The notes under the pieces: model-generated
The model's input: only the letters and a program-made list of their open reading frames with translations
Databases searched by the model: none
Told to the model about the DNA's origin: nothing
Shown here: positions 55,031 through 64,000 of the stretch, in pieces
How the letters are laid out: each line of letters begins with the position of its first letter
Position numbering within the stretch: the first letter of the stretch is position 1
Assembly: GCA_964637955.1 (NCBI GenBank)
Contig: CAZWXQ010000003.1
Location: forward strand, 31,154 to 95,153
Direction of reading: 5' to 3'
From: an uncultured Gammaproteobacteria bacterium
Lineage (GTDB): Bacteria; Patescibacteriota; Microgenomatia; Levybacterales; UBA12049
Length of the DNA: 64,000 nt
Made by a program: the position numbers and the translations under genes

Positions 55031-56086
55031 ATGAAAATAGGAATATTCGACCCATATTTAGATGACAATGGAGGTGGAGAGCGTTACATGATGACAATTG
55101 CCAAATATCTTTCGAAGGATAATGAGGTTAGTGTGTTTTGGGATAGTCATGAAGATTTAATGAAAGTGGATCAAAGATTTTCTCTTAACCTAGAAAATGT
55201 AAAAATTACTGAAAATATATTTAATTATTCTTTTATAGAAAAGCAAAGAGCTTCGAGAAAGTACGATGTGATAATTGTTTTAAGCGACGGAAGTATTCCG
55301 GTATTGTCTTCAAAAAAACTTTATCTTCATATGCAGCAGCCAGTGTCATATATGCTTTCAGTAAAAGATAGATTAAAGCTTATGAGAGTAAATAGAATTT
55401 TTTGCAATTCTACATTTACCAAAGATTTTATAGAAAAATATTACAAAGTAAAGTGTGATCTTTTATATCCGCCAGTAAGTATTTTTGGAAATAAAAAAGA
55501 AAAGGAGAATTTAATATTTCATGTTGGGAGATTCAGGGTTATGAATGTTAAATCTGAAGATTATAAAAAACAACAAGTTATGATAGATTCATTCAAAAGA
55601 TTAATCGACAAAGGTTTAAAAGACTGGAAATTTCTTTTGGCAGTTAGTCTAAATGATATAGAAAATCCTAAATTTGTTTCCATGAAGAAATCAGCGATAG
55701 ATTATCCAATAGAGTTTTTGATTAATTCTTCGATGGAGAAATTATGGGAAAAAGGTAGTAAAGCTAAAATATATTGGCATGCAACGGGATTTGGAGAAGA
55801 GTTGGACAAAAATCCTCATCTTGCTGAACATTTTGGGATATCAACAGTAGAAGCAATGGGGGTAGGAGCAGTTCCGGTAGTTTTTAATGCAGGTGGGCAG
55901 AGAGAAATTGTGACAGATGGAGAAAACGGCTATCTTTGGGATACGCTTGAGGATTTTGATAAAAAAACATTAAAATTAATAAACGATAAAGAATTGTTAT
56001 CAAGAATGTCTAAACAAGCATTTGAGAGATCAAAATATTTTGATGAAGAAAATTTTGGTAAAAAAATATCAGAAATTATTAAATGA
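55031..56086 (+). CDS. GT4 glycosyltransferase
   Basis: GGGER, CNSTFT, VGRF, KKQ, EHFGISTVEAM. Confidence 0.93.
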   Translation: MKIGIFDPYLDDNGGGERYMMTIAKYLSKDNEVSVFWDSHEDLMKVDQRFSLNLENVKITENIFNYSFIEKQRASRKYDVIIVLSDGSIPVLSSKKLYLHMQQPVSYMLSVKDRLKLMRVNRIFCNSTFTKDFIEKYYKVKCDLLYPPVSIFGNKKEKENLIFHVGRFRVMNVKSEDYKKQQVMIDSFKRLIDKGLKDWKFLLAVSLNDIENPKFVSMKKSAIDYPIEFLINSSMEKLWEKGSKAKIYWHATGFGEELDKNPHLAEHFGISTVEAMGVGAVPVVFNAGGQREIVTDGENGYLWDTLEDFDKKTLKLINDKELLSRMSKQAFERSKYFDEENFGKKISEIIK

Positions 56087-58356
56087 TAAAAAAGCTTATT
56101 CCGGTTTTGGGATTTGTAATCATTACATCAGTGTTTTTTTGGCAATTCCTGTTTAAAGGATTGTTGCCAATTCCAGCGGACACAATAGTCGGTCTTTATC
56201 ATCCTTATCGTGATATTTATTCAAGTACTGATTCTGGTGGAATACCATTTAAAAATTTTTTAATAACAGATCCTGTTAGGCAGCAATATCCATGGAGAAA
56301 TTTATCTATTAATTCTTTTAAGAATTTGGATCTTCCAATATGGAATCCATATTCTTTTTCAGGAACTCCAAATTTAGCAAATTTTCAATCCGGAGTATTT
56401 TATCCATTTAATTTTATATTTTTTATTATCAGTTTTGAATACGCCTGGTCGATCCTTATTATTCTTCAGCCACTTATGGCTGGAATTTTTTTATATTTTT
56501 ATCTTAGAAATTTAAAGCTTGATGAGTACTCCAGTTTTTTTGGTGGCATAGTATTTGCTTTTTCTGGATTTTTTGTGACTTGGCTTGAATGGGGAACAGT
56601 ACTTAGTACTGCATTGTGGCTTCCTCTAATTTTACTTAGCATAGATAAAATAATTTTTTATGGTGGAAGAAATGAAAAAATTTCATTTTTGAAATTTAAA
56701 TTATCAAAATTAATTCTCTGGTGTTTAGTATTAATTTTTTCATCAACCACATCTTTTTTCGCAGGACATTTGCAAACATTTTTTTACCTTTTTATTTTCT
56801 CTGTTATTTATTTCGTCTTAAGAATTTGGAAATTAAAAAATAAAATTAAGATTATTTCTTTATTTTTAACTTCTAGTGTCTTAATTTTCATTATCAGTTT
56901 GCCACAACTATTGCCAACCTTAAAATTTATTTTATTGTCAGGAAGAGAGGTAGATCAGTTTGTATGGCAGAAAGATGGATGGTTTATTCCAGTTCAGCAT
57001 TTAGTGCAATTTGTGATCCCTGATTTTTTTGGAAATCCTAGCACCTTAAATTATTGGGGAATATGGAATTATGGAGAGTTAACTGGATTTGTGGGAATAG
57101 TTGCATTGATATTTTCAATTTACGCAGCAATATTTCGAAGAGATAAAAAAACATTTTTATTAATTTTAGCAATTATATTATGTTTGATTTTGGCAATCTC
57201 CAATCCAATTTCAAAAATTCCATTTATTTTTAATTTTCCATTTATTTCAACGGCACAGCCAACAAGACTATTATTTATAGTTGATTTTGCTCTTAGTATT
57301 CTTGCAGCATTAGGACTAAATTATTTTATTTATAAAGGTAGATTTCGAGAAATTATTTTCCCAATCGGGATAATTGGATCAATATTTATTCTATTTTTCT
57401 TATCTTTAAAGTTGGGAATAATTCCTAATGTAGATATACATAATATAAATGTTGCAACGAGGAATATCTATTTTCCTGCAATGATTTTCATACTTTTAAC
57501 TTTTATTATTCTACTCTACCCTTTAGTAAAGAATAAATTTAAGCCGTATTTTTTAATTCTTTTAATACTTTTAACTGTTGCAGAGTTGTTTAGATTTTCA
57601 TGGAAATTCAACACGTTTTCAAAAAGTGCCTATCTTTATCCTGAAAATTTAACTATTCATTATCTTAAGAAGAATGTAGGAGATTTTAGAATTGCTACTA
57701 ATGACTCTAGAATTATGGCGCCAAACTTTTTTATTATGCATAATCTTCAATCTATTGAAGGATACGACCCACTTTATCTTGAAAGATATGCTGAGTTTAT
57801 TTCTGCAATAAATAGAAATAGTCCAGATATAGCTCCACCTTTTGGATTTAATAGGATACTAAGAATAGAAAACTTTTCATCTAATCTGATAGACCTTTTA
57901 GGTGTCAAATATGTATTAAGCATTTCTGATATCAATTCTCCTGGATATAAAAAAGTATTTGAGAGTGGTCAGACGCAAGTGTTTGAAAATGAAGACGTTT
58001 TGCCGAGAGTATTTTTCGTGAGAGAAGTAAAATTGGCGAAAAATAAAAATGAAGCCATAAAGTTAATGTTTGATAAAGAGTTTGATCCAAGAAATCAAGC
58101 TGTTGTTGAGGAAGGAGAAACAACCAATTCAAGTATGGGAAACGCAAAGATTATCAAATATTCTGAAAATGAAATTATAGTTGAAACAGTAAATAATGGG
58201 CCAGGATTCTTGGTTTTGACAGATTCGTTTTACCCATCTTGGCATGTTAAGATTAATGGAGTTGAGAAAAGAATTATAATAACTGATTTTAATTTCCGTG
58301 GGGTATTTGTTCCAGCCGGTAAAAATGAAATAATTTTTGAAAACAAAATTTTATGA
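56083..58356 (+). CDS. YfhO family GT-C membrane protein
   Basis: DPVRQQYPW, PIWNPYSFSGTP, AGHLQ, GYDP, LGVKY, DSFYPSW, FRGVFVPAG. Confidence 0.88.
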   Translation: MIKKLIPVLGFVIITSVFFWQFLFKGLLPIPADTIVGLYHPYRDIYSSTDSGGIPFKNFLITDPVRQQYPWRNLSINSFKNLDLPIWNPYSFSGTPNLANFQSGVFYPFNFIFFIISFEYAWSILIILQPLMAGIFLYFYLRNLKLDEYSSFFGGIVFAFSGFFVTWLEWGTVLSTALWLPLILLSIDKIIFYGGRNEKISFLKFKLSKLILWCLVLIFSSTTSFFAGHLQTFFYLFIFSVIYFVLRIWKLKNKIKIISLFLTSSVLIFIISLPQLLPTLKFILLSGREVDQFVWQKDGWFIPVQHLVQFVIPDFFGNPSTLNYWGIWNYGELTGFVGIVALIFSIYAAIFRRDKKTFLLILAIILCLILAISNPISKIPFIFNFPFISTAQPTRLLFIVDFALSILAALGLNYFIYKGRFREIIFPIGIIGSIFILFFLSLKLGIIPNVDIHNINVATRNIYFPAMIFILLTFIILLYPLVKNKFKPYFLILLILLTVAELFRFSWKFNTFSKSAYLYPENLTIHYLKKNVGDFRIATNDSRIMAPNFFIMHNLQSIEGYDPLYLERYAEFISAINRNSPDIAPPFGFNRILRIENFSSNLIDLLGVKYVLSISDINSPGYKKVFESGQTQVFENEDVLPRVFFVREVKLAKNKNEAIKLMFDKEFDPRNQAVVEEGETTNSSMGNAKIIKYSENEIIVETVNNGPGFLVLTDSFYPSWHVKINGVEKRIIITDFNFRGVFVPAGKNEIIFENKIL

Positions 58357-59291
58357 AAATAAGTATAGTTATTCCAAGCTACAATAGTGAAAATGTTCTT
58401 AAAAAAAATATACCAAATGTAGTAAGTTCTATCGAGGAGTTTTCTGATAACTGTGAAATAATAATAAGAGATGACTTTTCAACAGACGATTCTGTTAAAG
58501 TTATAAAAGAGTTAGTTGAAAAAAATAAAAAAACTAAAATAAAATTATTTATTTCAAACAGGAATCAGGGTTTTTCTTCGAACGTAAACAATGCTGTTAA
58601 AGAAGCTGCAGGAGAAATAGTTATTTTACTCAATACTGATGTTTCGCCAAGTAAGAATTTTATAGCACCACTGTTGAAGCATTTTGATGATGAAAATGTT
58701 TTTGCAGTGGGATGTTTAGATGAAAGCTTGGAGGATGGGAAAATTGTAAAAAGAGGACGAGGGAAGGGAAAATGGATTCGTGGATTCATGCTTCATAGCG
58801 CTGCTGACATTGACTCTACTGATATGAGTACGCTTTGGGTAAGTGGAGGTAGTGGTGCATTTAAAAAAAGTATTTGGGAAAAGTTAGGAGGGCTAGATGA
58901 GATCTATAACCCTTTTTATTGGGAGGACATTGACCTTTCTTATAGAGCGCTGAAATCTGGATATAAAATTATTTTTGAAAAAAATAGCACAGTCAGACAT
59001 GAGCATGAAGAGGGAGTAATAAAGAAAAAATTCAAATCAAAAAAAGTGAATGATATTGTTTATCGAAATCAATTTATTTTTGCTTGGAAGAATTCTGATT
59101 TAATCAATTTGCTTAAAAGTATTATTTGGTTGCCATATCATTTGTTTAATTCTTTGTTATCAAGAAATTCGTCTATGTTGATAGGTTTTTTTTGTGCAGT
59201 TAGAAGAGCACCTTCAATAATTAAATCCAGAAGAATAAATTCTAAAATTTTTGTACTCTCGGATAATGAAGTCATCGCTAAAATAAATTAA
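58353..59291 (+). CDS. GT2 glycosyltransferase
   Basis: VIPSYN, NQGFSSNVN, LLNTD, GGLDE..PFYWEDIDL. Confidence 0.92.
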   Translation: MKISIVIPSYNSENVLKKNIPNVVSSIEEFSDNCEIIIRDDFSTDDSVKVIKELVEKNKKTKIKLFISNRNQGFSSNVNNAVKEAAGEIVILLNTDVSPSKNFIAPLLKHFDDENVFAVGCLDESLEDGKIVKRGRGKGKWIRGFMLHSAADIDSTDMSTLWVSGGSGAFKKSIWEKLGGLDEIYNPFYWEDIDLSYRALKSGYKIIFEKNSTVRHEHEEGVIKKKFKSKKVNDIVYRNQFIFAWKNSDLINLLKSIIWLPYHLFNSLLSRNSSMLIGFFCAVRRAPSIIKSRRINSKIFVLSDNEVIAKIN

Positions 59292-60704
59292 ATGAGTAAA
59301 ATGATGCAGATTATTAAAAAATATAAATACGAAATTATTGCAATTTTATTATGTTTTATTTTTGGAGCTGCAGGAATTTTAGTTTCTTTGAATCGTTTTT
59401 GGCAATATGATAGTTCTTTGATAGACTTCGGACAGTTTGATCAAGCTATATGGAAAATATCTAGATTCCATGAGCCGATAATTTATCATTTTATTCATGG
59501 AAAAATAAATGTTTTAGGTGATCATTTCACACCAAGCGTATTTATACTCTCTCCACTTTATTGGTTTACTGATAAAAGTGAAATTATATTGATAGCCCAA
59601 GCGGTTGCTGTTGCATTAAGTGGATTATTCTTATTTGATATTGGAAAAAACGTACTTAAAAATAAACCTTTAGCTTTGAGTATTCTGATTTCATATTTCC
59701 TTTTTGTTGGTTTACAAAATGCTGTAATTACGGAATTTCATGAACTTACATTAATGACGCTTTTTTTAATGATTACATTTTGGTCTATTATTAGGAATAA
59801 GATTTTACTTTTCTTCGTTTTTTTAATACTGACTCTTGGTTTTAAGGAGGTTACGTTTTCTCTTGGAATTGGCTTGGGAATCGCACTAATGTTACTAAAA
59901 AAAGAATGGAGAAAGATTGGAATTAGCACCATTATTATATCGATAATTTGGGGAACACTTTCTTTTAAGGTTTTTATTCCACACTTCGCATCGGGAGATT
60001 ATTTGTATGCTTCAAATCTTCCAAATGGTTTATTCGAAAAAGCATATTCTCTTATAGACGAACCTCAGAAAAGACATACTCTTCTTTTTAGTTTTTTTAG
60101 TTTTTCTTTCCTACCTTTTTTATCTCCAGAATTTTGGCTGATGATACTTCAGGATTATGCAACGAGATTTATGCCAATAGGTTTTATTACTCGTTGGGAT
60201 TTGGGCTTACATTATAATGCGCAGTCAGCTGTTATTCTTTCTCTTGCATCTATTTACGGATTAAAGAGATTATTAAAAATAAAGATAATTGATAAACATA
60301 AATTAATTATTTCCTTGATTATAATTGCTAATTCATTTTTCTTATTTAGATTTGTCTTACATGGGCCATTTATGCTTGCGGTTAATCCAGCATTTTATGC
60401 ACATACAAAAGACTTTAAATTTTTAGATGATTTGGTTAATAAGGTTCCAAGAAATGCATCTATAATGACTCAAAATAATTTAGCAACAAGATTTACTCAT
60501 CAAAACATAAGGCTTGTTACTACTGATTATGCAAATTCAATGCCCGATTTTATTCTTTTAGACTTAAGAAGTGGACAGAATCCTAATAATTATTTTGGCT
60601 CAGGTGATCTTGGATTAATACTCGGTCAATTAAAAAAAGATACAAGATACGAATTGATAACAAATACAGGTGATCAATACCTCTTTAAAAAGCGTTCTTT
60701 ATGA
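59292..60704 (+). CDS. DUF2079 family GT-C-type membrane protein
   Basis: DFGQFDQAIW, LGDHFTP, EFHE, FKE, HY. Confidence 0.82.
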   Translation: MSKMMQIIKKYKYEIIAILLCFIFGAAGILVSLNRFWQYDSSLIDFGQFDQAIWKISRFHEPIIYHFIHGKINVLGDHFTPSVFILSPLYWFTDKSEIILIAQAVAVALSGLFLFDIGKNVLKNKPLALSILISYFLFVGLQNAVITEFHELTLMTLFLMITFWSIIRNKILLFFVFLILTLGFKEVTFSLGIGLGIALMLLKKEWRKIGISTIIISIIWGTLSFKVFIPHFASGDYLYASNLPNGLFEKAYSLIDEPQKRHTLLFSFFSFSFLPFLSPEFWLMILQDYATRFMPIGFITRWDLGLHYNAQSAVILSLASIYGLKRLLKIKIIDKHKLIISLIIIANSFFLFRFVLHGPFMLAVNPAFYAHTKDFKFLDDLVNKVPRNASIMTQNNLATRFTHQNIRLVTTDYANSMPDFILLDLRSGQNPNNYFGSGDLGLILGQLKKDTRYELITNTGDQYLFKKRSL

Positions 60705-60717
60705 TAGAATAAAAATT

Positions 60718-61419
60718 ATGAAATTATCTATAATCATTCCTGTATTCAATGAAGAAAAAACTATTGCAAAGCTTATCGATAAGGTTGATGCGGTTAAAAT
60801 TCCCGGTATAACAAAGGAAATAATTGTTGTAGATGATGGATCAACTGATAAAACAGCTCAAAATATCCCAAAAAATAAGGTTAAATTTATAGAACACACT
60901 GTCAATCAGGGTAAAGGAGCAGCAGTAAAAACCGGAATTGATAGCGCCACGGGAGACTATGTAATTATCCAGGATGCAGACCTTGAGTATGATCCTGAGC
61001 AAATTAAAATTTTGATTCAACCAATTCTTAGTAAGGAAGCAAAAGTTGTTTATGGCACGAGGTTAAATAGGCGCCCTCATTTTAAGAATGAAGAAAGAAA
61101 TTTTAGATTTATGCTTCACTACATGGGTAATAGATCACTAAGCTTGATTACAAGCGTGCTTTATGGGAGTTGGTTGACAGATATGGAAACTTGCTATAAA
61201 TTATTTCCCACAGAAGTAGGAAAAAAATTTAACCTTAGAGCAAAAAGGTTTGATTTTGAACCAGAAATTACAGCAAAACTTTTAAAGGCTGGATATAAAA
61301 TTTTGGAAATTCCAATTACTACAGTTCCCAGAGATTATGGAGAAGGAAAAAAACTCAGGACATTTCATGATGGATCCATCGCACTTTACACTCTAATTAA
61401 ATACAGAATTTATGACTGA
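60718..61419 (+). CDS. GT2 polyprenol-phosphate glycosyltransferase (DPM-like)
   Basis: IIPVFNE, VDDGSTD, QDADLEYDP, TDMETCYK, FDFEPE. Confidence 0.93.
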   Translation: MKLSIIIPVFNEEKTIAKLIDKVDAVKIPGITKEIIVVDDGSTDKTAQNIPKNKVKFIEHTVNQGKGAAVKTGIDSATGDYVIIQDADLEYDPEQIKILIQPILSKEAKVVYGTRLNRRPHFKNEERNFRFMLHYMGNRSLSLITSVLYGSWLTDMETCYKLFPTEVGKKFNLRAKRFDFEPEITAKLLKAGYKILEIPITTVPRDYGEGKKLRTFHDGSIALYTLIKYRIYD

Positions 61420-63091
61420 TTCTGTTTTAAAAAATAAGATCTACTTACTGCTCTTTGCAGTTGTCTTCATTTCCGCTTTTTTAAGATTTTATAAAATAGA
61501 TCAAGTGCCTGTGTCGCTTTATTGGGATGAGGTTTCAATCTCATATAATGCATATTCGATAGTCGAAACAGGAAAAGATGAGCTTGGTGATAGATTGCCT
61601 CTTCTTTTTAGAGCATTTGAGGACTACAAAACTCCCGGATATATTTATTTTACTGCTGTTGCGATTAAAATTTTTGGTCTTAATGAGTTTTCAACAAGAG
61701 TTAGCTCGGCATTTCTTGGAACGATAACGGTTTTAGTTACTTTTTTTTTGATAAAGGAATTATTAGAGAAAAAAGTTTTCGAATTTGGCTCCGAATATGT
61801 TGCGATACTTGTTGCATTCTTGCTGGCTATTTCTCCGTGGCATATCCAATTTTCAAGAGCAGGTTTTGAAGCAAACTCGGGTTTATTTTTTGTAGTTTTT
61901 GGTGCATATCTTTTTTTTAGATTCATAAATACCCTATCTTATAAATTTTTGTATTTATCAATGGTAAGTTTTGCTGTAAGCATATATTTTTATAGAAGCA
62001 TATGGATATTCACTCCATTATTTTTATTATCAATATTTGTAATTTATTATAAAGATTTGTTCATTAAAGAAAAAATATTAAAATCCCTTTTGGCAATTTT
62101 GATATTTATCGCTTTATTGTCTCCATTTGCTCATGTGATGGTTTCCGGAAACGGTTTGGCAAGAGCAAGTCAAGTGTCGCTGACAGCAAGTTATAGCGAT
62201 GAGGTTTATAAGTTTGCAGTTAAGCAAGAGCAAGTGGGAGGTCTAGCTGGTAAAATAATATATAACAGAAGATTAGTATATCTTTCCGAAGGAATTAAAG
62301 CTTATTTTTCTCATTTCTCTCCTAAATTTTTATTTATAAATGGAGATGGAAATGGTAGACACGGTGTAAAAGGGATGGGTGTATTTTATCTTTGGGGAAT
62401 CGTGTTTATTATTCCTGGATTTCTAGCATTATCTAAGTATGATAGGAAAACAAAGCTAGTTATTCTAGCATGGTTCTTGATTGCTCCCATACCTGCAGCT
62501 CTTGCTTTGCCTGCGCCTCATGCATTAAGGAGTCTCAATATGATTCCTATGCCACAGATAATAATTGCGCTCGGAATTATTTGGGTATATTTTTTCATAA
62601 ATATAAAATACAGAAAAGCTTTTTTTGCGGCTATGATTGGAATTATTTTATGTTTCTGTATAAATTACCTGACAATTTATTTCGGTGACAATGCAAGAAA
62701 AACAAGTTCAGACTGGGGAGATGGATACAAGCAGCTGTCTGAGTATGTGTTTCAGAATGAAAATAATTATGAAAAGATTTTAATATCAGGTCATTACTGG
62801 CAGCCATATATTTATTTTTTGTTTTATAAAGAATATGACCCTGAATTATTTCAAAAATCAGGTAGTAAATCAGGATTCGATAAATATATATTTGGAGGTA
62901 CAAGTTGGGATATGAGTGGAAAAGAACTTGGAGATCAAGATTTAGAAAAATTATCAGGCACAAAAAATTTTCTAGTTGCTCTTTCGCCTTCTGAGTATTC
63001 ATATCAGGAAAATAAAATAAAAGTTGTCAAAGAGATAGTAAACCATAATAATGAATTAGTGTTCATAATTGGAGAATTAAAAAATGATTAA
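61412..63091 (+). CDS. GT-C glycosyltransferase (ArnT/PMT family)
   Basis: YWDEVSISYNAYSI, DYKTP, SPWHIQFSRAGFE, FLFINGD. Confidence 0.87.
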   Translation: MTDSVLKNKIYLLLFAVVFISAFLRFYKIDQVPVSLYWDEVSISYNAYSIVETGKDELGDRLPLLFRAFEDYKTPGYIYFTAVAIKIFGLNEFSTRVSSAFLGTITVLVTFFLIKELLEKKVFEFGSEYVAILVAFLLAISPWHIQFSRAGFEANSGLFFVVFGAYLFFRFINTLSYKFLYLSMVSFAVSIYFYRSIWIFTPLFLLSIFVIYYKDLFIKEKILKSLLAILIFIALLSPFAHVMVSGNGLARASQVSLTASYSDEVYKFAVKQEQVGGLAGKIIYNRRLVYLSEGIKAYFSHFSPKFLFINGDGNGRHGVKGMGVFYLWGIVFIIPGFLALSKYDRKTKLVILAWFLIAPIPAALALPAPHALRSLNMIPMPQIIIALGIIWVYFFINIKYRKAFFAAMIGIILCFCINYLTIYFGDNARKTSSDWGDGYKQLSEYVFQNENNYEKILISGHYWQPYIYFLFYKEYDPELFQKSGSKSGFDKYIFGGTSWDMSGKELGDQDLEKLSGTKNFLVALSPSEYSYQENKIKVVKEIVNHNNELVFIIGELKND

Positions 63092-64000
63092 AAACAAAAG
63101 CGTTTTATTCCTTGGATTAATATTATTAATTGGCGTATTTTTAAGATTTATTATTTTGGGAAGTGTTCCAGGATCTTTAAATTGGGATGAGGTTTCATGG
63201 GGTTATAATGCATATTCTATTTCGGAAACAGCTCGTGATGAGTACGGTAAGCTCTTGCCTCTCTCTTTTAAAGCCTTTGGTGACTTTAAACAACCCGTTT
63301 ACATATATTTAGATGCATTTTTCGTAAAAGCATTTGGATTAAATGCATTCAGTGTAAGATTTGCTTCCGCTTTTTTTGGAAGCCTGAGTATTCTTCTTGT
63401 CTACTTCATGGTTAAAGAAATATTCATAAAACGAGTCGAGCGTGAGAAATTAGCCTTGTTAAGTGCATTCTTTTTTGCGATTTCACCTTGGTCAATTCAA
63501 TTTAGCCGCGTAGCATATGAAGCAAATCTTGGACTATTTTTTGTTATCCTAGGAGTTTTTATATTCTTTAAAGGATTGAATTCTAGAAAATATTGGCTTC
63601 TTTTTTTGTCTGTAGTTCCTTTTACGATCTCAGGATTCACTTATCATAGTCTAAAAATATTTATGCCAATATTCTTTATTTCTTTGATTATATATTCACT
63701 GAAAAAAGCCACCGCTAAAAAAATTCTTGCACTCTTGTTAATTTTTTACATAGCTTTAAATTTAATTTGGGTATTAGATTCCAGAACGACATCCAGGGGC
63801 AGAAGTGTAACATTTTTTCAGGAACCATCAAAAATATTAGAAATTCCTATTAAAGAACTTGATTCAGACAAAATAAGTCACGATTATTTAGGTGTTTTGA
63901 TCCACAACAGGAGAGTGGTTTTTGTAAACACATATATATCAAATTATTTGATGCATTTCGATCCTTCCTATTTATTTATGAAAGGTGATAATCCAAGACA
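63084..64000 (+). CDS. GT-C glycosyltransferase (ArnT/PMT family), tandem paralog, truncated by window edge
   Basis: MIKNKSVLF...LNWDEVSWGYNAYSI...DFKQP...SPWSIQFSRVAYE. Confidence 0.85.
   Translation, partial: MIKNKSVLFLGLILLIGVFLRFIILGSVPGSLNWDEVSWGYNAYSISETARDEYGKLLPLSFKAFGDFKQPVYIYLDAFFVKAFGLNAFSVRFASAFFGSLSILLVYFMVKEIFIKRVEREKLALLSAFFFAISPWSIQFSRVAYEANLGLFFVILGVFIFFKGLNSRKYWLLFLSVVPFTISGFTYHSLKIFMPIFFISLIIYSLKKATAKKILALLLIFYIALNLIWVLDSRTTSRGRSVTFFQEPSKILEIPIKELDSDKISHDYLGVLIHNRRVVFVNTYISNYLMHFDPSYLFMKGDNPR

Noticed and set aside
1141-63002. Many short ORFs in the track overlapping recognised genes (e.g. 1141-1446, 3358-3756, 4012-4488, 5905-6273, 14627-14971, 29832-30017, 62643-63002)
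   Set aside because: Antisense or alternate-frame shadows of well-supported genes, with no motifs or start signals.
1-64000. CRISPR array or cas genes
   Set aside because: No regularly spaced repeats with unique spacers and no cas-like ORFs.
1-64000. Alternative genetic code (TGA = Gly, as in Gracilibacteria/SR1)
   Set aside because: Conserved genes are full length under the standard code, and several (pncA, NRAMP, YfhO) end at TGA overlapping the next ATG.

Overview
AT-rich chromosomal window, most consistent with a Candidate Phyla Radiation bacterium (Microgenomates-like; inferred from gene content, a very large membrane glycosyltransferase locus and pervasive leaderless starts). TGA is used as a stop codon. 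1-16.6 kb is mostly housekeeping: IMPase, Nudix, YqeY, ABC-2 pair, CCA enzyme, recJ, aspS, DD-carboxypeptidase, gltX, dgkA, LD-transpeptidase, CapA, SurA-like, CaCA, HAD. 16.6-30.7 kb is an accessory region running up to tRNA-Gln(CTG). It holds a 1752-aa zincin protease + UbiB/ABC1-like kinase fusion, pncA with an NrtR-type operator, and gene blocks separated by degenerate copies of a tRNA-Gln 3' end. It ends in a nested locus where a GIY-YIG gene plus an intact tRNA-Gln lie between the two halves of a second, different tRNA-Gln. 30.7-41.7 kb contains NRAMP, thermonuclease, an apparent Thr-codon attenuator with no recognisable Thr-related target, nth, CIRCE-preceded lon, structured intergenic RNAs and tRNA-Glu(CTC) flanked by repeat-bounded orphan genes. 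41.8-64 kb is a glycan locus with about nine GT-C-type membrane glycosyltransferases, one apparently fused to the non-catalytic half of a class B PBP. All family calls are from motif recognition by eye; no searches were run.
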